A stretch of 64,000 nucleotides of DNA. Origin: Candidatus Magasanikiibacteriota bacterium. GTDB taxonomy: Bacteria > Patescibacteriota > Patescibacteriia > Magasanikbacterales > 2-02-FULL-50-9b. Numbering within the stretch: position 1 is the first letter of the stretch; each line of letters begins with the position of its first letter. The notes beneath the pieces were generated by a model. That model saw only the letters and a program-made list of their open reading frames with translations, ran no database searches and was not told the origin of the DNA. The translations under genes and the position numbers were made by a program. Of the stretch, positions 9,279-19,048 are shown piece after piece. Location of the stretch: contig CALRDW010000004.1 in the NCBI GenBank assembly GCA_943355025.1, positions 756-64,755 of the forward strand, written 5' to 3'.

Positions 9279-10568
9279 TTATTTTCTGATATAGGCCAAA
9301 CTTGCGAGTGAGGTCTGTGGGAGGCGTGTTGACGTGCTGTCGCTCAAAAAAGTAAGCAGCACAAGCTTCGTAGTAAAAGAGTCTCCCGGAGTTGCTAAAT
9401 CAAGATTGATTGACTCTAGGTTACGTATCACTATTGCATACTGATTGGTTGAACCAGTAGTGATTTCATCTGCGAGCGCAAGTTTTTGCTGCGCAAGACC
9501 ACCGATTATAGTTGTCTGCGAAGGAATTGTTTTTTCACCAATAAGCGCTCCCAAAGTTTTATCAGCGTTCAACCGGTAAATTTGTAATGTTTTACTTGGC
9601 GCGTTCGTCGAATTATTTTGGCTGTCAAATTGAAGTATTATTTGAGATAGTGATTGGGTCGTTGTACTCTTGTTTACAACAGAAAAACCACCGACAACAA
9701 CATTCACGGTTGCAAGTGGCGATCCTGCTGGAACTAGGTCTGAGACTGCTGTTGCCTGTATATCAACGTAACTTATGAATGTGCCATCGCGCGTGATTGT
9801 CTGCGCGCCGTCATCAGTTTTAAACTCAGCGTGGTATGTATATGTGAGTCCTGGCTGAACAGTAAACGTTTTTTTAAACGCAAGGCCTGTTATGAACGTG
9901 AGGCTGCCACCGGAGCCATCGATTGCTCTGTAGGTGAGGGAACCACTCGCAGGGGTTGAAAGATTAATTGTGATTAGCTCAGAAGGCATCCCAGATACAG
10001 ACATAGCGAGCAAAGAGACGTCGGTTATGGAAAGCTTCGGCTGCGTGGTTGCAACAGGAGGGGCTGGTTGAATCGGAGCCGTCGACGTTGGCGTCGCAAA
10101 ATTACTAACTTCGGGTGTGAGGGAATAGTCAGGGAAGAAGGTGTCCGGCACGTCATGGATTGAGGCAAACAAAAATCCACGCGCCTTAAAATCTTCCTCG
10201 GTTTTGATCCACTCAAGATGTCCGCTTTCATCTGTTACTAAATAAACTTTCGGATCGGTCTGAATTTTAATTAAACTGCCCGGCTTAAACAAAACATTCT
10301 TCCCAAGCGGATACGCACTTAATTGTTCTACAGTATCAAATTGTGCGACGCCACTAAATGAGCTACCAAACCAAGATTGGTACACTGATAGCATGGGAAA
10401 TGGTCGGCGCTTATCGCTGTCCACCAGGTAAACTGCAGGCGATCCTTTGAGCTTTATAAGCTGTCCAAGATCAGCTGCGTGTGTGGTCATGGGACGGATT
10501 GTGGAAATTCCAAGGATGACAAGAACGGCCACATGAATAAGCGGGCTTGGTTTGGAATTAATTTTCAT
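9279..10568 (-). CDS. secreted hypothetical protein with two N-terminal repeats and Ig-like beta regions
   Basis: Signal peptide; GQLIKLKGSPAVYLV and GSLIKIQTDPKVYLV repeats; Pro/Thr linker. Confidence 0.6.
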   Translation of the reverse strand: MKINSKPSPLIHVAVLVILGISTIRPMTTHAADLGQLIKLKGSPAVYLVDSDKRRPFPMLSVYQSWFGSSFSGVAQFDTVEQLSAYPLGKNVLFKPGSLIKIQTDPKVYLVTDESGHLEWIKTEEDFKARGFLFASIHDVPDTFFPDYSLTPEVSNFATPTSTAPIQPAPPVATTQPKLSITDVSLLAMSVSGMPSELITINLSTPASGSLTYRAIDGSGGSLTFITGLAFKKTFTVQPGLTYTYHAEFKTDDGAQTITRDGTFISYVDIQATAVSDLVPAGSPLATVNVVVGGFSVVNKSTTTQSLSQIILQFDSQNNSTNAPSKTLQIYRLNADKTLGALIGEKTIPSQTTIIGGLAQQKLALADEITTGSTNQYAIVIRNLESINLDLATPGDSFTTKLVLLTFLSDSTSTRLPQTSLASLAYIRK

Positions 10569-10623
10569 ATTACAGATGAACGAATAGAGAGAACAGGATG
10601 TACCAATTGTATCATACTCAACC

Positions 10624-10748
10624 CGTGTTATCGAGTCCCTTAGCACCGCAGGAAGTTCAAACCAGAGTTATGCGTCGCAGAAGATATATTGTGCGACACA
10701 AGAATAATGCTCTTCTAAACACTGAACCGGCCCTCCTAATAACTCACG
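10624..10748 (-). ncRNA. candidate structured RNA (6S-like irregular rod)
   Basis: Nested inverted repeats separated by bubbles; G-U wobbles favour the minus strand; identity not confirmed. Confidence 0.3.
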
Positions 10749-11602
10749 AAGACCTTATCCCCGAAGCGAACATCGATGCGCTTCGGATTCACGAGCTTCG
10801 TTGAAGCTGCCTGAACTTTTTGAAATTGTACATCGTAGTCTGCGTCCTGCGTCATCAAAACGACCAGTCCCCTTACAAAATGTAGTTCGAGTAGTTGTGG
10901 GTCATCGGGTTTCAGCGCAATGGCACTGAGGTCGTCGTGCACCATGCTTCCTGCCGTCCGTTCAAAACGAGTCGCAAGATCGACCGTACGCTTTTCGACG
11001 ACGCGTGCCAACAATTCATGCTCAGAAGCTGCGAGGGGCCGTCCAAGAATTATCGCTGGACGCTCAATAAACGCGGCTAGCGTAGAGGTGATGTCATACC
11101 ACCTGACCACCTGCCCATCCGCCGAAACGAGCGCTTGGCCATTTTCTGCAATCACACGAGCTGCAATCGGAATTTCTGTTGCAGAAATAATGAGTGTATG
11201 CGGAAATTTTTTTTGAATGGTGATGGAATCTATAGCCACCTGTTTTTTTATTTCGGCCTCAACGATCGAGCTCTTAAAAAACATAAAGCTCGAGTGTCGC
11301 AACCCAAATGTTGTCCCCTCTAGATAATCGCTTAAAACATGCTGAATTCTTACTGTCGTTTCTGTGTCTGAGCCAGATATTTTTTTATCAGAAAGCTGGA
11401 AGTATGAATGTACCGCGCAAATGCGAAGCATCCCAAGGCTAAGCAAGATGAAAATAATAAACTCGAGAGAACCGCGCTTTAAAAGCCCACGAATGGCCCA
11501 CCGTGCACTCCGGATCGTTTGTGCGCCAACAGGAGCGCCCCGTGGCGATATTTTTTCTGCTGTTGGCTTGTAGCGAACCGAATTTTTTGCGAACCGGTTC
11601 AT
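10736..11602 (-). CDS. FtsQ/DivIB-like cell division protein
   Basis: Basic N-tail, one TM helix, POTRA-like IQKKFPHTLII, C-terminal IDVRFGDKVFV. Confidence 0.75.
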   Translation of the reverse strand: MNRFAKNSVRYKPTAEKISPRGAPVGAQTIRSARWAIRGLLKRGSLEFIIFILLSLGMLRICAVHSYFQLSDKKISGSDTETTVRIQHVLSDYLEGTTFGLRHSSFMFFKSSIVEAEIKKQVAIDSITIQKKFPHTLIISATEIPIAARVIAENGQALVSADGQVVRWYDITSTLAAFIERPAIILGRPLAASEHELLARVVEKRTVDLATRFERTAGSMVHDDLSAIALKPDDPQLLELHFVRGLVVLMTQDADYDVQFQKVQAASTKLVNPKRIDVRFGDKVFVSY

Positions 11603-11634
11603 ACTGCAATAAAAAGATCAACGTCGATACTTCT

Positions 11635-12876
11635 TTAGCTTTTGAGCGTGTCCCACGATAAATAATTTTTCAAAATCGAAGGAAGTTTAACGGAGCCGTC
11701 GACGGTTTGATATTGCTCCAAAATAGCGAGCCATAAGCGATCCGTCACGCCGGTACCGTTTACTGTATGAACCAGTTCACGACCTCCCGCGCCTTTGAAA
11801 TGAATGCCGAGCCGTCGCGCCTGATAATCGGTTGTATTGCTGGTTGACGTCAATTCACGATATTTTTTTTGTGATGGGAACCATGCTTCAATATCAAATT
11901 TGCGACTCGCTGGGTATCCTAAATCTCCTGTACAAATATCCACCATCTGGTAATGAAGGCCGAACGCGGCAACGACTTTCTCTTCAATGGCGCGGATGCG
12001 CATATGCATTTCATGCGAATTTTCTGGTGTAACAAAGGCAACCATTTCAACTTTTTGAAATTGATGCACTCGCAAAATACCAGCCTGGTCCTTACCATAG
12101 CTGCCGGCTTCACGGCGAAAACAGGTCGTTTCCGCCATGTACATCTTCGGAAGGTCTGCCTCATCAAATGTTTCACTGTCATGAAGTGAAACGAGAGGCA
12201 CCTCTGCTGTGCCAACCAGGTACAGATCGTCTTCCGTTGGGTTTACTCGATAAATTTCAAAGCGATCCGCAGGAAAATGGCCGGTCCCATACATCGCGCG
12301 TTCGCGAACGAGTAATGGCGGAATTACCAAACCAAAACCTTCGGCTGCAATTAAATCGGATGCGGCACGGAAAACTGCACGCTGCAGCTCTGCAATCGGC
12401 CCGGTTAGATAATAAAAACGGCTTCCCGATGTTCGTGCCCCCTCCTCACATTTAATAAAGGGTCTGACCGAGGGAAGCTCGTGATACGGCAGAGGCTCGA
12501 AATCAAACTGGGGCATGTCGCCACCTCTTGAAATAACAATATTCCCTTCCTCTGTCGCTGCGATTGGCGTCTCTGGATCGTTAATATTCGGCAGCTGCAT
12601 CAATAATTCAGTGCGCCGTGTTTCGTCGACGCTTAAAACCGATTCTTTTTCCTTTATGGAATGGGAAAGCGCTTGCAACACGGTGCGCTCCTCGTCAGAA
12701 GGCTTCCCTTTTGACCGACTCTTGAGGTCGTGGCGCAGCGCATCAACCTCAGACTGAATCGCGCGCACACGAGCATCAACGTCAAGAAGTTCGTCAACAG
12801 AAACAGTCGCATTGCGGCTTTCTGCAGATTTTTTTATTAATTCAGGATTTTGTCTGATGACGGCTATGTCTAACAT
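11635..12876 (-). CDS. serS: serine--tRNA ligase
   Basis: MLDI start, GTAEVP, CFRREAGSYGKD, RVHQFQKVEM, TDYQARRL, HTVNGT. Confidence 0.97.
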   Translation of the reverse strand: MLDIAVIRQNPELIKKSAESRNATVSVDELLDVDARVRAIQSEVDALRHDLKSRSKGKPSDEERTVLQALSHSIKEKESVLSVDETRRTELLMQLPNINDPETPIAATEEGNIVISRGGDMPQFDFEPLPYHELPSVRPFIKCEEGARTSGSRFYYLTGPIAELQRAVFRAASDLIAAEGFGLVIPPLLVRERAMYGTGHFPADRFEIYRVNPTEDDLYLVGTAEVPLVSLHDSETFDEADLPKMYMAETTCFRREAGSYGKDQAGILRVHQFQKVEMVAFVTPENSHEMHMRIRAIEEKVVAAFGLHYQMVDICTGDLGYPASRKFDIEAWFPSQKKYRELTSTSNTTDYQARRLGIHFKGAGGRELVHTVNGTGVTDRLWLAILEQYQTVDGSVKLPSILKNYLSWDTLKS

Positions 12877-12886
12877 ATCGACGTAA

Positions 12887-13327
12887 TTATACGTTTTTTT
12901 TCAAATCTCGCAAAATGTATTGATTATTTTCAATAATCGGCAACTGCATAGCGCCGTCAATTGATTTCCAAGTCACTTCTCGGACCTCGGAGCAGTTTGG
13001 TTTTGCCACTGCAGTATTTGCCACTCGAGCAATGTACGCGAGAATTACAATCTGAATATGTGGCCGATCGGGATGAAACCAAGAATAAACGGCCATTAAC
13101 TTTGGATCCATAATGTCGAGGGCAACTTCTTCTTTGATCTCACGGCACACTGTTTCTGATGGGTGTTCACCAAACTCAACCTTTCCGCCTGGAAATTCCC
13201 AGCGTCCGTGCATCCCTCGATTACGTGGATCATGCCGTTTTCCAAGCAAAACCTCGCCTCGCTCATTTAAAACAAGGCCGATTGCAACAAAAATTTGTCG
13301 TTTTATAGGGCCTTTTTTTTCCTGCAT
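12887..13327 (-). CDS. NUDIX hydrolase (MutT-like)
   Basis: WEFPGGKVEFGEHPSETVCREIKEE Nudix box. Confidence 0.9.
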   Translation of the reverse strand: MQEKKGPIKRQIFVAIGLVLNERGEVLLGKRHDPRNRGMHGRWEFPGGKVEFGEHPSETVCREIKEEVALDIMDPKLMAVYSWFHPDRPHIQIVILAYIARVANTAVAKPNCSEVREVTWKSIDGAMQLPIIENNQYILRDLKKNV

Positions 13328-13731
13328 AACGCTTCTTTAATACGGCTGGTCGAATAACGCGCACGTTTGTGTTGTCCCAAGCGAACGATTTTTGGCTGAG
13401 GGTTTTGTTTTTCAACCCAGTCTTTGAGCAGAGCTACACCATACACCTGATCATGGCCAAGAGCAATAATCCCGGGCTTCAGACTCCGCAGAGCCTTCAA
13501 AATATCTGTTTTATCCCCTGCAATTACTTGCGTCACGGATTTCGTTGCACCAACAACGAGCATGCGTTCTTTTTGGGTGTGGACCGGTGTCGCTCCAGAG
13601 AGCTGGGCTCGTCTCTCGTCGCGCGAAATAATTACGTAAAGTTCATCGCCCAGCTTGCGCGCCGCAGTCAAAAAGAAAATGTGGCCCGGGTGGATAATAT
13701 CAAACGTACCAAAACATACGACGCGTGTCAT
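13303..13731 (-). CDS. cytidylyltransferase-family protein (RibL/FAD synthase-like)
   Basis: FGTFDIIHPGH (HxGH), IIALGHDQ, YSTSRIK. Confidence 0.8.
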   Translation of the reverse strand: MTRVVCFGTFDIIHPGHIFFLTAARKLGDELYVIISRDERRAQLSGATPVHTQKERMLVVGATKSVTQVIAGDKTDILKALRSLKPGIIALGHDQVYGVALLKDWVEKQNPQPKIVRLGQHKRARYSTSRIKEALCRKKKAL

Positions 13732-14558
13732 ACGCGAATCGCTGCAATTAGATCAGTAAGCGGGATGCGCGATAGCGACAAATTCGCCGCAACATCCGAA
13801 CCGCAAATAAGCATCCGCTTACTGTGGTGCAAATACCACTCCGCTTTAGGCTCGCGAGCACGAAATATTTCGTAGGCCTTTGTTAAATCAACTGAGCTCT
13901 CAGCAAGCGCGCGAAACGAGCGAAATTTATTTTCAGGATTTACAGCTATAACGAGAATTGCGCCGTGCGTCGCTGCAAAACGCAAAACCATTTTCGCGTT
14001 AACTTTTGTTTGTATGCCAAATGCCGCGCCCCAGCGTGTTTTAAATGCGGTCGCTTTTTTCCAATCACGCGTGAGCTCTGCCTTTTCAACAAGACACGCA
14101 AATAATCCATCAAAATAATTGCACCCAAACGCAAGAATTTCCGCTGATGATTTTCCAATGCGTGATTGATATGTCATCACAACCGCAGCCGAATACTCGC
14201 TGCGAGGAACATTGATTAAACGTCCATGATCATCGTCATTAATATATTCAACCAATTCGAGGAGCGCAATTTTTTCAAGCGGCGCAAGCTTTATTTTTTT
14301 CTCTGCAGTTAGAAATTTATATACGAGCGTGGTCGCAGAATCTTCAAGATTGCCTTTGTGTTCATCAAATTTTCCCCGCCCAACGCCAATATACATCGTA
14401 TTCACATCCGCATCAGGCTGCGTGACGTTGCCACCCTTGGGTGTCGTTGGAATGTAGGATACGCGCGCGTCGCTCCAACCAGTCAAAAATTTTTTAATCA
14501 TCCAAATACATGCGATCTCGTCCAGGTGTGGATTGCGGTGCGTTACGATTTTTGACAT
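13728..14558 (-). CDS. hypothetical protein, MYG1/DHH-like
   Basis: IVTHRNPHLDE, GVGRGKFDEH, SATTLV and WYLH motifs. Confidence 0.5.
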   Translation of the reverse strand: MSKIVTHRNPHLDEIACIWMIKKFLTGWSDARVSYIPTTPKGGNVTQPDADVNTMYIGVGRGKFDEHKGNLEDSATTLVYKFLTAEKKIKLAPLEKIALLELVEYINDDDHGRLINVPRSEYSAAVVMTYQSRIGKSSAEILAFGCNYFDGLFACLVEKAELTRDWKKATAFKTRWGAAFGIQTKVNAKMVLRFAATHGAILVIAVNPENKFRSFRALAESSVDLTKAYEIFRAREPKAEWYLHHSKRMLICGSDVAANLSLSRIPLTDLIAAIRV

Positions 14559-14561
14559 ACA

Positions 14562-16088
14562 TTATTGAGAGGTTTCTGGCTCTCCTACCATTGTTTGCGG
14601 CGCTTCAGGACGAAGTGTTGGAAACAAAATAATTTCTTTAAGGCTTGAAGAATTTGTAATAAACGCGACAAGACGATCAATACCGATTGCCATACCGCTT
14701 GTTGGTGGCATGCCGTGTTCAAGCGCAGTCAAAAACTCTTCATCCAGAAATTGCGCCTCCTCGCTCCCGTGCTCACGAAGTAATTCTTGCTGTATAAATC
14801 GCCGTCGTTGATCAACTGGGTCATTCAATTCGTGGTAGTACGCGTTAATAATTTCTGCTCCCTGAACAACAAGCTGCACAGAGGCACTTTTTGTCGGATC
14901 ATAATCCGTCGCTTTCGCAAGCGGTTTGAGCTCGATTGGGTAATCAAATACCCAAACAGGCTGTGTAACCCCAGCACGCGCCGTTTTTTTGAAAAGCTGA
15001 TCGTAATATTCACCTATACCAACGCAGCCTTTGAAATCAATCGAAAGACCCTTCTCTCGCACAGCTGCGATAAGCGCGTCTTCCACTCGATACTCATCAA
15101 TATCAATGCCGCATGAATCAATGATGAGTTCGCGAAAGGTTTTTCGTGGCCACTCACCCGCAAAATCAAGCTCGCCCTCTCCATACGGAACCGTGAGAGA
15201 ACCAACAGACTTTTGAATGATGTGACGCATGACACCTTCAAGAAAATCTACATAAAAATCCTTGCTCGGAACAAACGCCCAGTACAATTCGATGGTTGTA
15301 AACTCGGGATTGTGGGCGTAATCGATGCCTTCGTTCCGAAATAAACGTCCGATTTCATACACTTTCTCAAAGCCACCAACTATCAGGCGCTTCAAATAAA
15401 GTTCTGGGGCGATGCGCAAAAACAGATCAATGCCGAGCGCATTGTGGTGCGTTACAAATGGACGTGCGTTTGCACCGCCCGGAATTGGTTGCAAAATTGG
15501 CGTTTCAACTTCGATAAAATCGCGCTCATCCAAATATTGCCGAAGTGACGAAATTAATTTTGAACGCACCAAAAATTTCTCCCGCACCTCAGGATTGCTG
15601 AGCAAATCCAATTCTCGATGGCGATATCGAAGTTCGATGTCTTGCAGGCCATTCCACTTGTCTGGCAATGGACGAAGCGCTTTCGCAAGAATCCGAGCCT
15701 GCTTAACCTCGATTGTTTTTTCGCCGACCTTCGTCAGGATAACGTTACCTGTAATTTCTAAAAAATCCGCGTGGTCAACGCACGCTTTGAGCATCATGTA
15801 CTCCTGTTCGCCGAGCACATCTTTGCGCAGGTGCAACTGAATTCGACCTGACATGTCGCGGAGATCCGCAAACGCGGAACCTCCGTGCCACCGAACATTC
15901 ATAAGTCGTCCCGCAACAATGACCTCTGTTGTTGTCGCAAGTAACTCGTCGAAATTAGTGACCACGTCCCCAATCATGTGCGTACGGTTAACCGCGTTCG
16001 GATACGCAACAACCCCTCGAGACTCCAAATCCTTCAATTTTTCAAGCCGCACTTCTTCCTCGGCGCGATGCACAATCTCTTCGGCCAT
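14562..16088 (-). CDS. lysS: lysine--tRNA ligase (class II)
   Basis: [38 protein letters not shown]. Confidence 0.97.
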   Translation of the reverse strand: MAEEIVHRAEEEVRLEKLKDLESRGVVAYPNAVNRTHMIGDVVTNFDELLATTTEVIVAGRLMNVRWHGGSAFADLRDMSGRIQLHLRKDVLGEQEYMMLKACVDHADFLEITGNVILTKVGEKTIEVKQARILAKALRPLPDKWNGLQDIELRYRHRELDLLSNPEVREKFLVRSKLISSLRQYLDERDFIEVETPILQPIPGGANARPFVTHHNALGIDLFLRIAPELYLKRLIVGGFEKVYEIGRLFRNEGIDYAHNPEFTTIELYWAFVPSKDFYVDFLEGVMRHIIQKSVGSLTVPYGEGELDFAGEWPRKTFRELIIDSCGIDIDEYRVEDALIAAVREKGLSIDFKGCVGIGEYYDQLFKKTARAGVTQPVWVFDYPIELKPLAKATDYDPTKSASVQLVVQGAEIINAYYHELNDPVDQRRRFIQQELLREHGSEEAQFLDEEFLTALEHGMPPTSGMAIGIDRLVAFITNSSSLKEIILFPTLRPEAPQTMVGEPETSQ

Positions 16089-16090
16089 AC

Positions 16091-16558
16091 TTATTTGATT
16101 TCCAAAATTTTGTAGAGAGTTTTTTTGATTGGCGTCACGACTTCAACATCGTCGCCGACACTGCGACCAAGAAACGCCTCACCAAGTGGTGATTCATTTG
16201 AAATTTTGCCATTTGACGGCTCGGCTTCGTTTGAACCAACAATCGTATATGTACGCTGCTCGTCGCCTGTTTTTACGATGATTGTCGAACCGATATGGAC
16301 AGTTGAATCTTCTTTATTCACCGCATCCTCGATGAGGACTGCGTTCGAAAGTAGTGTTTCAATCTCAAGCACGCGGCCATGAGCAAATGCCATGCGTTCC
16401 TTTGCGTCTGAGTATTCCGCGTTTTCCGATAGGTCACCGTTTTGTTTCGCGTCATCAATCTGCTGGGCAATTTTCCGGATCGTTACTGTTTTGAGTTCCT
16501 GAAGTTCATTTTTGAGTTCCTGCAAACGCTGCGCTGAAACATACTTGGGTCCCTGCAT
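16091..16558 (-). CDS. greA: transcription elongation factor GreA
   Basis: [17 protein letters not shown]; upstream of lysS. Confidence 0.95.
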   Translation of the reverse strand: MQGPKYVSAQRLQELKNELQELKTVTIRKIAQQIDDAKQNGDLSENAEYSDAKERMAFAHGRVLEIETLLSNAVLIEDAVNKEDSTVHIGSTIIVKTGDEQRTYTIVGSNEAEPSNGKISNESPLGEAFLGRSVGDDVEVVTPIKKTLYKILEIK

Positions 16559-16689
16559 AAAAAAGTTCGTTAGGTAGCTCTCAGTATAGTCCTCTCACCG
16601 AGGCTAGTCAATCGCACTGTGCGCAGTCTTAGGAGATTGACGCTTCGACATAAAAATGATAGCGTGCCCCCACAACACACGGGGGTCAC

Positions 16690-17223
16690 ATGGAGAAGTT
16701 TCTTACACCAGAAAATGAAAGCTTGATGCAAGAGCTTTGTGCACGATTCGTAGATGCGCGTAATAATGGTGAGCGCTGCGAAGACGCAACATGGAACGCG
16801 ATCTTGAAGCTCGGCGTGATGTGTTCGTTTGAAGCAGTGATTTTGCGCTTTAAGGCGTACCATGTCCCAAAGATTTTTTTGACGCGGCGTCCTGATAGTG
16901 ATCCATACTATGCCGGCCTATGGCACTGCCCAGGAACGTATATGTTGCCCGGCGAAAATGAACAAAGTGTTGCCGCACGACTGTCGCTGAGTGAGCTTGG
17001 CGAGGCAAAAATCGTTGAGGCGCAAGATCAAGGCTCGATCATTGTAACGGATGAGCGCTCGACAACGAACAGCAAGGTCTATCTGTGTAGACTCGACAAA
17101 AAGCCGACGGTTCAAGGCGAATGGTTCTTGATAAACGCATTACCGAATAATCTCGTGAGGCACCATCGCACAGTGATTTATATGGGACTTCCGCTTGAAT
17201 ATAAGGCCTTACTTGCTAAATAA
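16690..17223 (+). CDS. NUDIX-fold protein with degenerate Nudix box
   Basis: IFLTRR...GLWHCPGTYMLPGENEQSVAARLSLSELG. Confidence 0.6.
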   Translation: MEKFLTPENESLMQELCARFVDARNNGERCEDATWNAILKLGVMCSFEAVILRFKAYHVPKIFLTRRPDSDPYYAGLWHCPGTYMLPGENEQSVAARLSLSELGEAKIVEAQDQGSIIVTDERSTTNSKVYLCRLDKKPTVQGEWFLINALPNNLVRHHRTVIYMGLPLEYKALLAK

Positions 17224-17245
17224 CTCAGTTCGGTTCTGCAGGCAT

Positions 17246-17284
17246 GGCGACCACCGCTTTCAAGAAAGTGCTGGTCGTTTTTTT
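17246..17284 (+). terminator. intrinsic terminator
   Basis: GGCGACCACCGCTTTC-AA-GAAAGTGCTGGTCGTT hairpin followed by a T-run. Confidence 0.65.
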
Positions 17285-17310
17285 ATAGCTGAACAGCTGG
17301 TATCGAAGTT

Positions 17311-18147
17311 TCATTTCACTAAGGAATACCGCCCATCATTAGCGTATAGAAATTTTTCATCAACCAATTGATCAATTGCGCGCTGCGTTTGCCGGAGTTC
17401 CCGATCAGCGCGCGTTGCGAGCTCTTCTGTAGTTAAGTCATCCTCAATCAATAATATTTTTAAAATTTTTCCCCGAATTTGCCGGAGTGACCCCTCAAAC
17501 TTCGTTTGTACTGTGTGATGTCGTGACCGGCGGCTGGGATTCTTGTGCTGTTTTTTGAGATGCGTTCCATAATCCATGAGCGCCCAATACCATTCTCGCG
17601 GATGCACACGGTCGAGCGCCTCAGCAATGAGCGGCATCAGCTGTGCATCAGAAATATTTTCCTCGCCAGCAAAAAAATGATGCAAAAATACTGTCCGCAC
17701 GTTTGTTTCTATAAAAGCGTTGGGAATATTATACGCAAATGCGAGAATTGACGCCGCGGTATTTGGGCCGATCCCCGGAAACCGCTTGAGCGTCTCGATG
17801 TCGCGCGGAACCTCTCCTGCGTGGTGAGCCACGATGAGTTCAGCAGTTCGTTTTAAAAATAGTGCACGTCTGTTGTAACCCAAACCCTGCCATGCGGCAA
17901 GAACCTCTGGCGTGGTCGCCTGAGCGAGAGAAGCGAGAGTTGGAAATTTTGAGATAAATTCAGGAAATTTAACAAGCCCTCGTGAAACTTGTGTTTGCTG
18001 CAACATTATTTCAGATACCATAACCCAATATGGATCGGTATTTTCACGCCACGGAAGCGGCCGTGCATTTTTTTTATAAAACGCACGGACAATTTTTCGT
18101 AGCTCGGCCACATTTGAAAGATTATTGTACCGAATCTTTTGTTGCAT
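17311..18147 (-). CDS. mutY: MutY-like HhH-GPD adenine glycosylase lacking the Fe-S motif
   Basis: LPWR, PYWVMVSEIMLQQTQV, WQGLGYNRRA, PGIGPNTA; no cysteines. Confidence 0.85.
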   Translation of the reverse strand: MQQKIRYNNLSNVAELRKIVRAFYKKNARPLPWRENTDPYWVMVSEIMLQQTQVSRGLVKFPEFISKFPTLASLAQATTPEVLAAWQGLGYNRRALFLKRTAELIVAHHAGEVPRDIETLKRFPGIGPNTAASILAFAYNIPNAFIETNVRTVFLHHFFAGEENISDAQLMPLIAEALDRVHPREWYWALMDYGTHLKKQHKNPSRRSRHHTVQTKFEGSLRQIRGKILKILLIEDDLTTEELATRADRELRQTQRAIDQLVDEKFLYANDGRYSLVK

Positions 18148-18787
18148 GTTTAAAATAATCAAGCGTATAGCATCTGTCCAGCGTCATGGAACCGACTCGC
18201 GTACGGACAAGATCCGAAATATATGCACCCGTTTTAAGCGCACGACCAATATCTCGTGCAAGACTGCGGACGTATGCTCCCGGTCCCGTTACAACACGAA
18301 TGACAAGTCGAGGAAATTCATACTCAATAATTTCTATTGATTTTATCTCAACGTGGCGAGACGTCATTTCAAGTACAACACCCTTACGTGCAAATTTGTA
18401 GGCAGCCTTCCCTGCAATTTTGAGCGCACTATACCTCGGTGGCACTTGATTAATCGTTCCAAGAAACGAATTACATACACTTCTGACTTTCGCTGTGGTG
18501 GGTTTTACAACCTCTGACCAGACCGTCTTTTCCCCTTCTGCATCCTCAGTCGTGCTCTCCGCACCAAGCTCCATCGTTGCGATATATTCTTTTTCACCGT
18601 GCTCGGCTTCCCATAAATGCTTCGTGGCTTCGCGTCCAATTCCAACGAGCAAAACCCCTGATGCGAGCGGATCAAGAGTGCCGCCATGGCCAATTTTTTT
18701 TATTCCAAGAGCGTGCTTAATTCGAGTTAGCACCTGTTGAGACGTTGGGCCTTTAGGCTTTATTACTCCGACTATTTGACCCAACAT
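18122..18787 (-). CDS. truB: tRNA pseudouridine(55) synthase
   Basis: KIGHGGTLDPLASGVL, QVPPRYSALKIAG, GAYVRSLARDIG. Confidence 0.95.
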   Translation of the reverse strand: MLGQIVGVIKPKGPTSQQVLTRIKHALGIKKIGHGGTLDPLASGVLLVGIGREATKHLWEAEHGEKEYIATMELGAESTTEDAEGEKTVWSEVVKPTTAKVRSVCNSFLGTINQVPPRYSALKIAGKAAYKFARKGVVLEMTSRHVEIKSIEIIEYEFPRLVIRVVTGPGAYVRSLARDIGRALKTGAYISDLVRTRVGSMTLDRCYTLDYFKHATKDSVQ

Positions 18788-19037
18788 ACTCTTCTTTTTG
18801 AATGCGAACTAAGTAAACACTGAGGACAACGACGATTATTGTTATGACAATAGCGTATAAAAAACGTGCAATAATGCCACTTTGTGTCGGAAAAAAATGT
18901 TCGATGAGCGCCTTGATCGCTTCGTTCCACGCGAGGCCCGCAACAACGCCTGAGCCAGCTAAAATATACTTCGCTGTTTGTTCGCGAACCTCTCTATGTA
19001 ATCGTTTCCCTTCTGTTTTTAGAACATTGAGAGACAT
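18753..19037 (-). CDS. small two-TM membrane protein (DUF5654-like)
   Basis: GVVAGLAWNEAIKALI...FLYAIVIT. Confidence 0.65.
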   Translation of the reverse strand: MSLNVLKTEGKRLHREVREQTAKYILAGSGVVAGLAWNEAIKALIEHFFPTQSGIIARFLYAIVITIIVVVLSVYLVRIQKEEYVGSNSRSNKA

Positions 19038-19048
19038 ATGGTGTGTAA

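Noticed and set aside
16663-16689. GTGCCCCC...GGGGGTCAC hairpin over the NUDIX SD as a regulatory switch
   Set aside because: The likely -10 (TAGCGT, 16660-16665) puts the start site at the end of the C-run, so most of the 5' arm would not be transcribed
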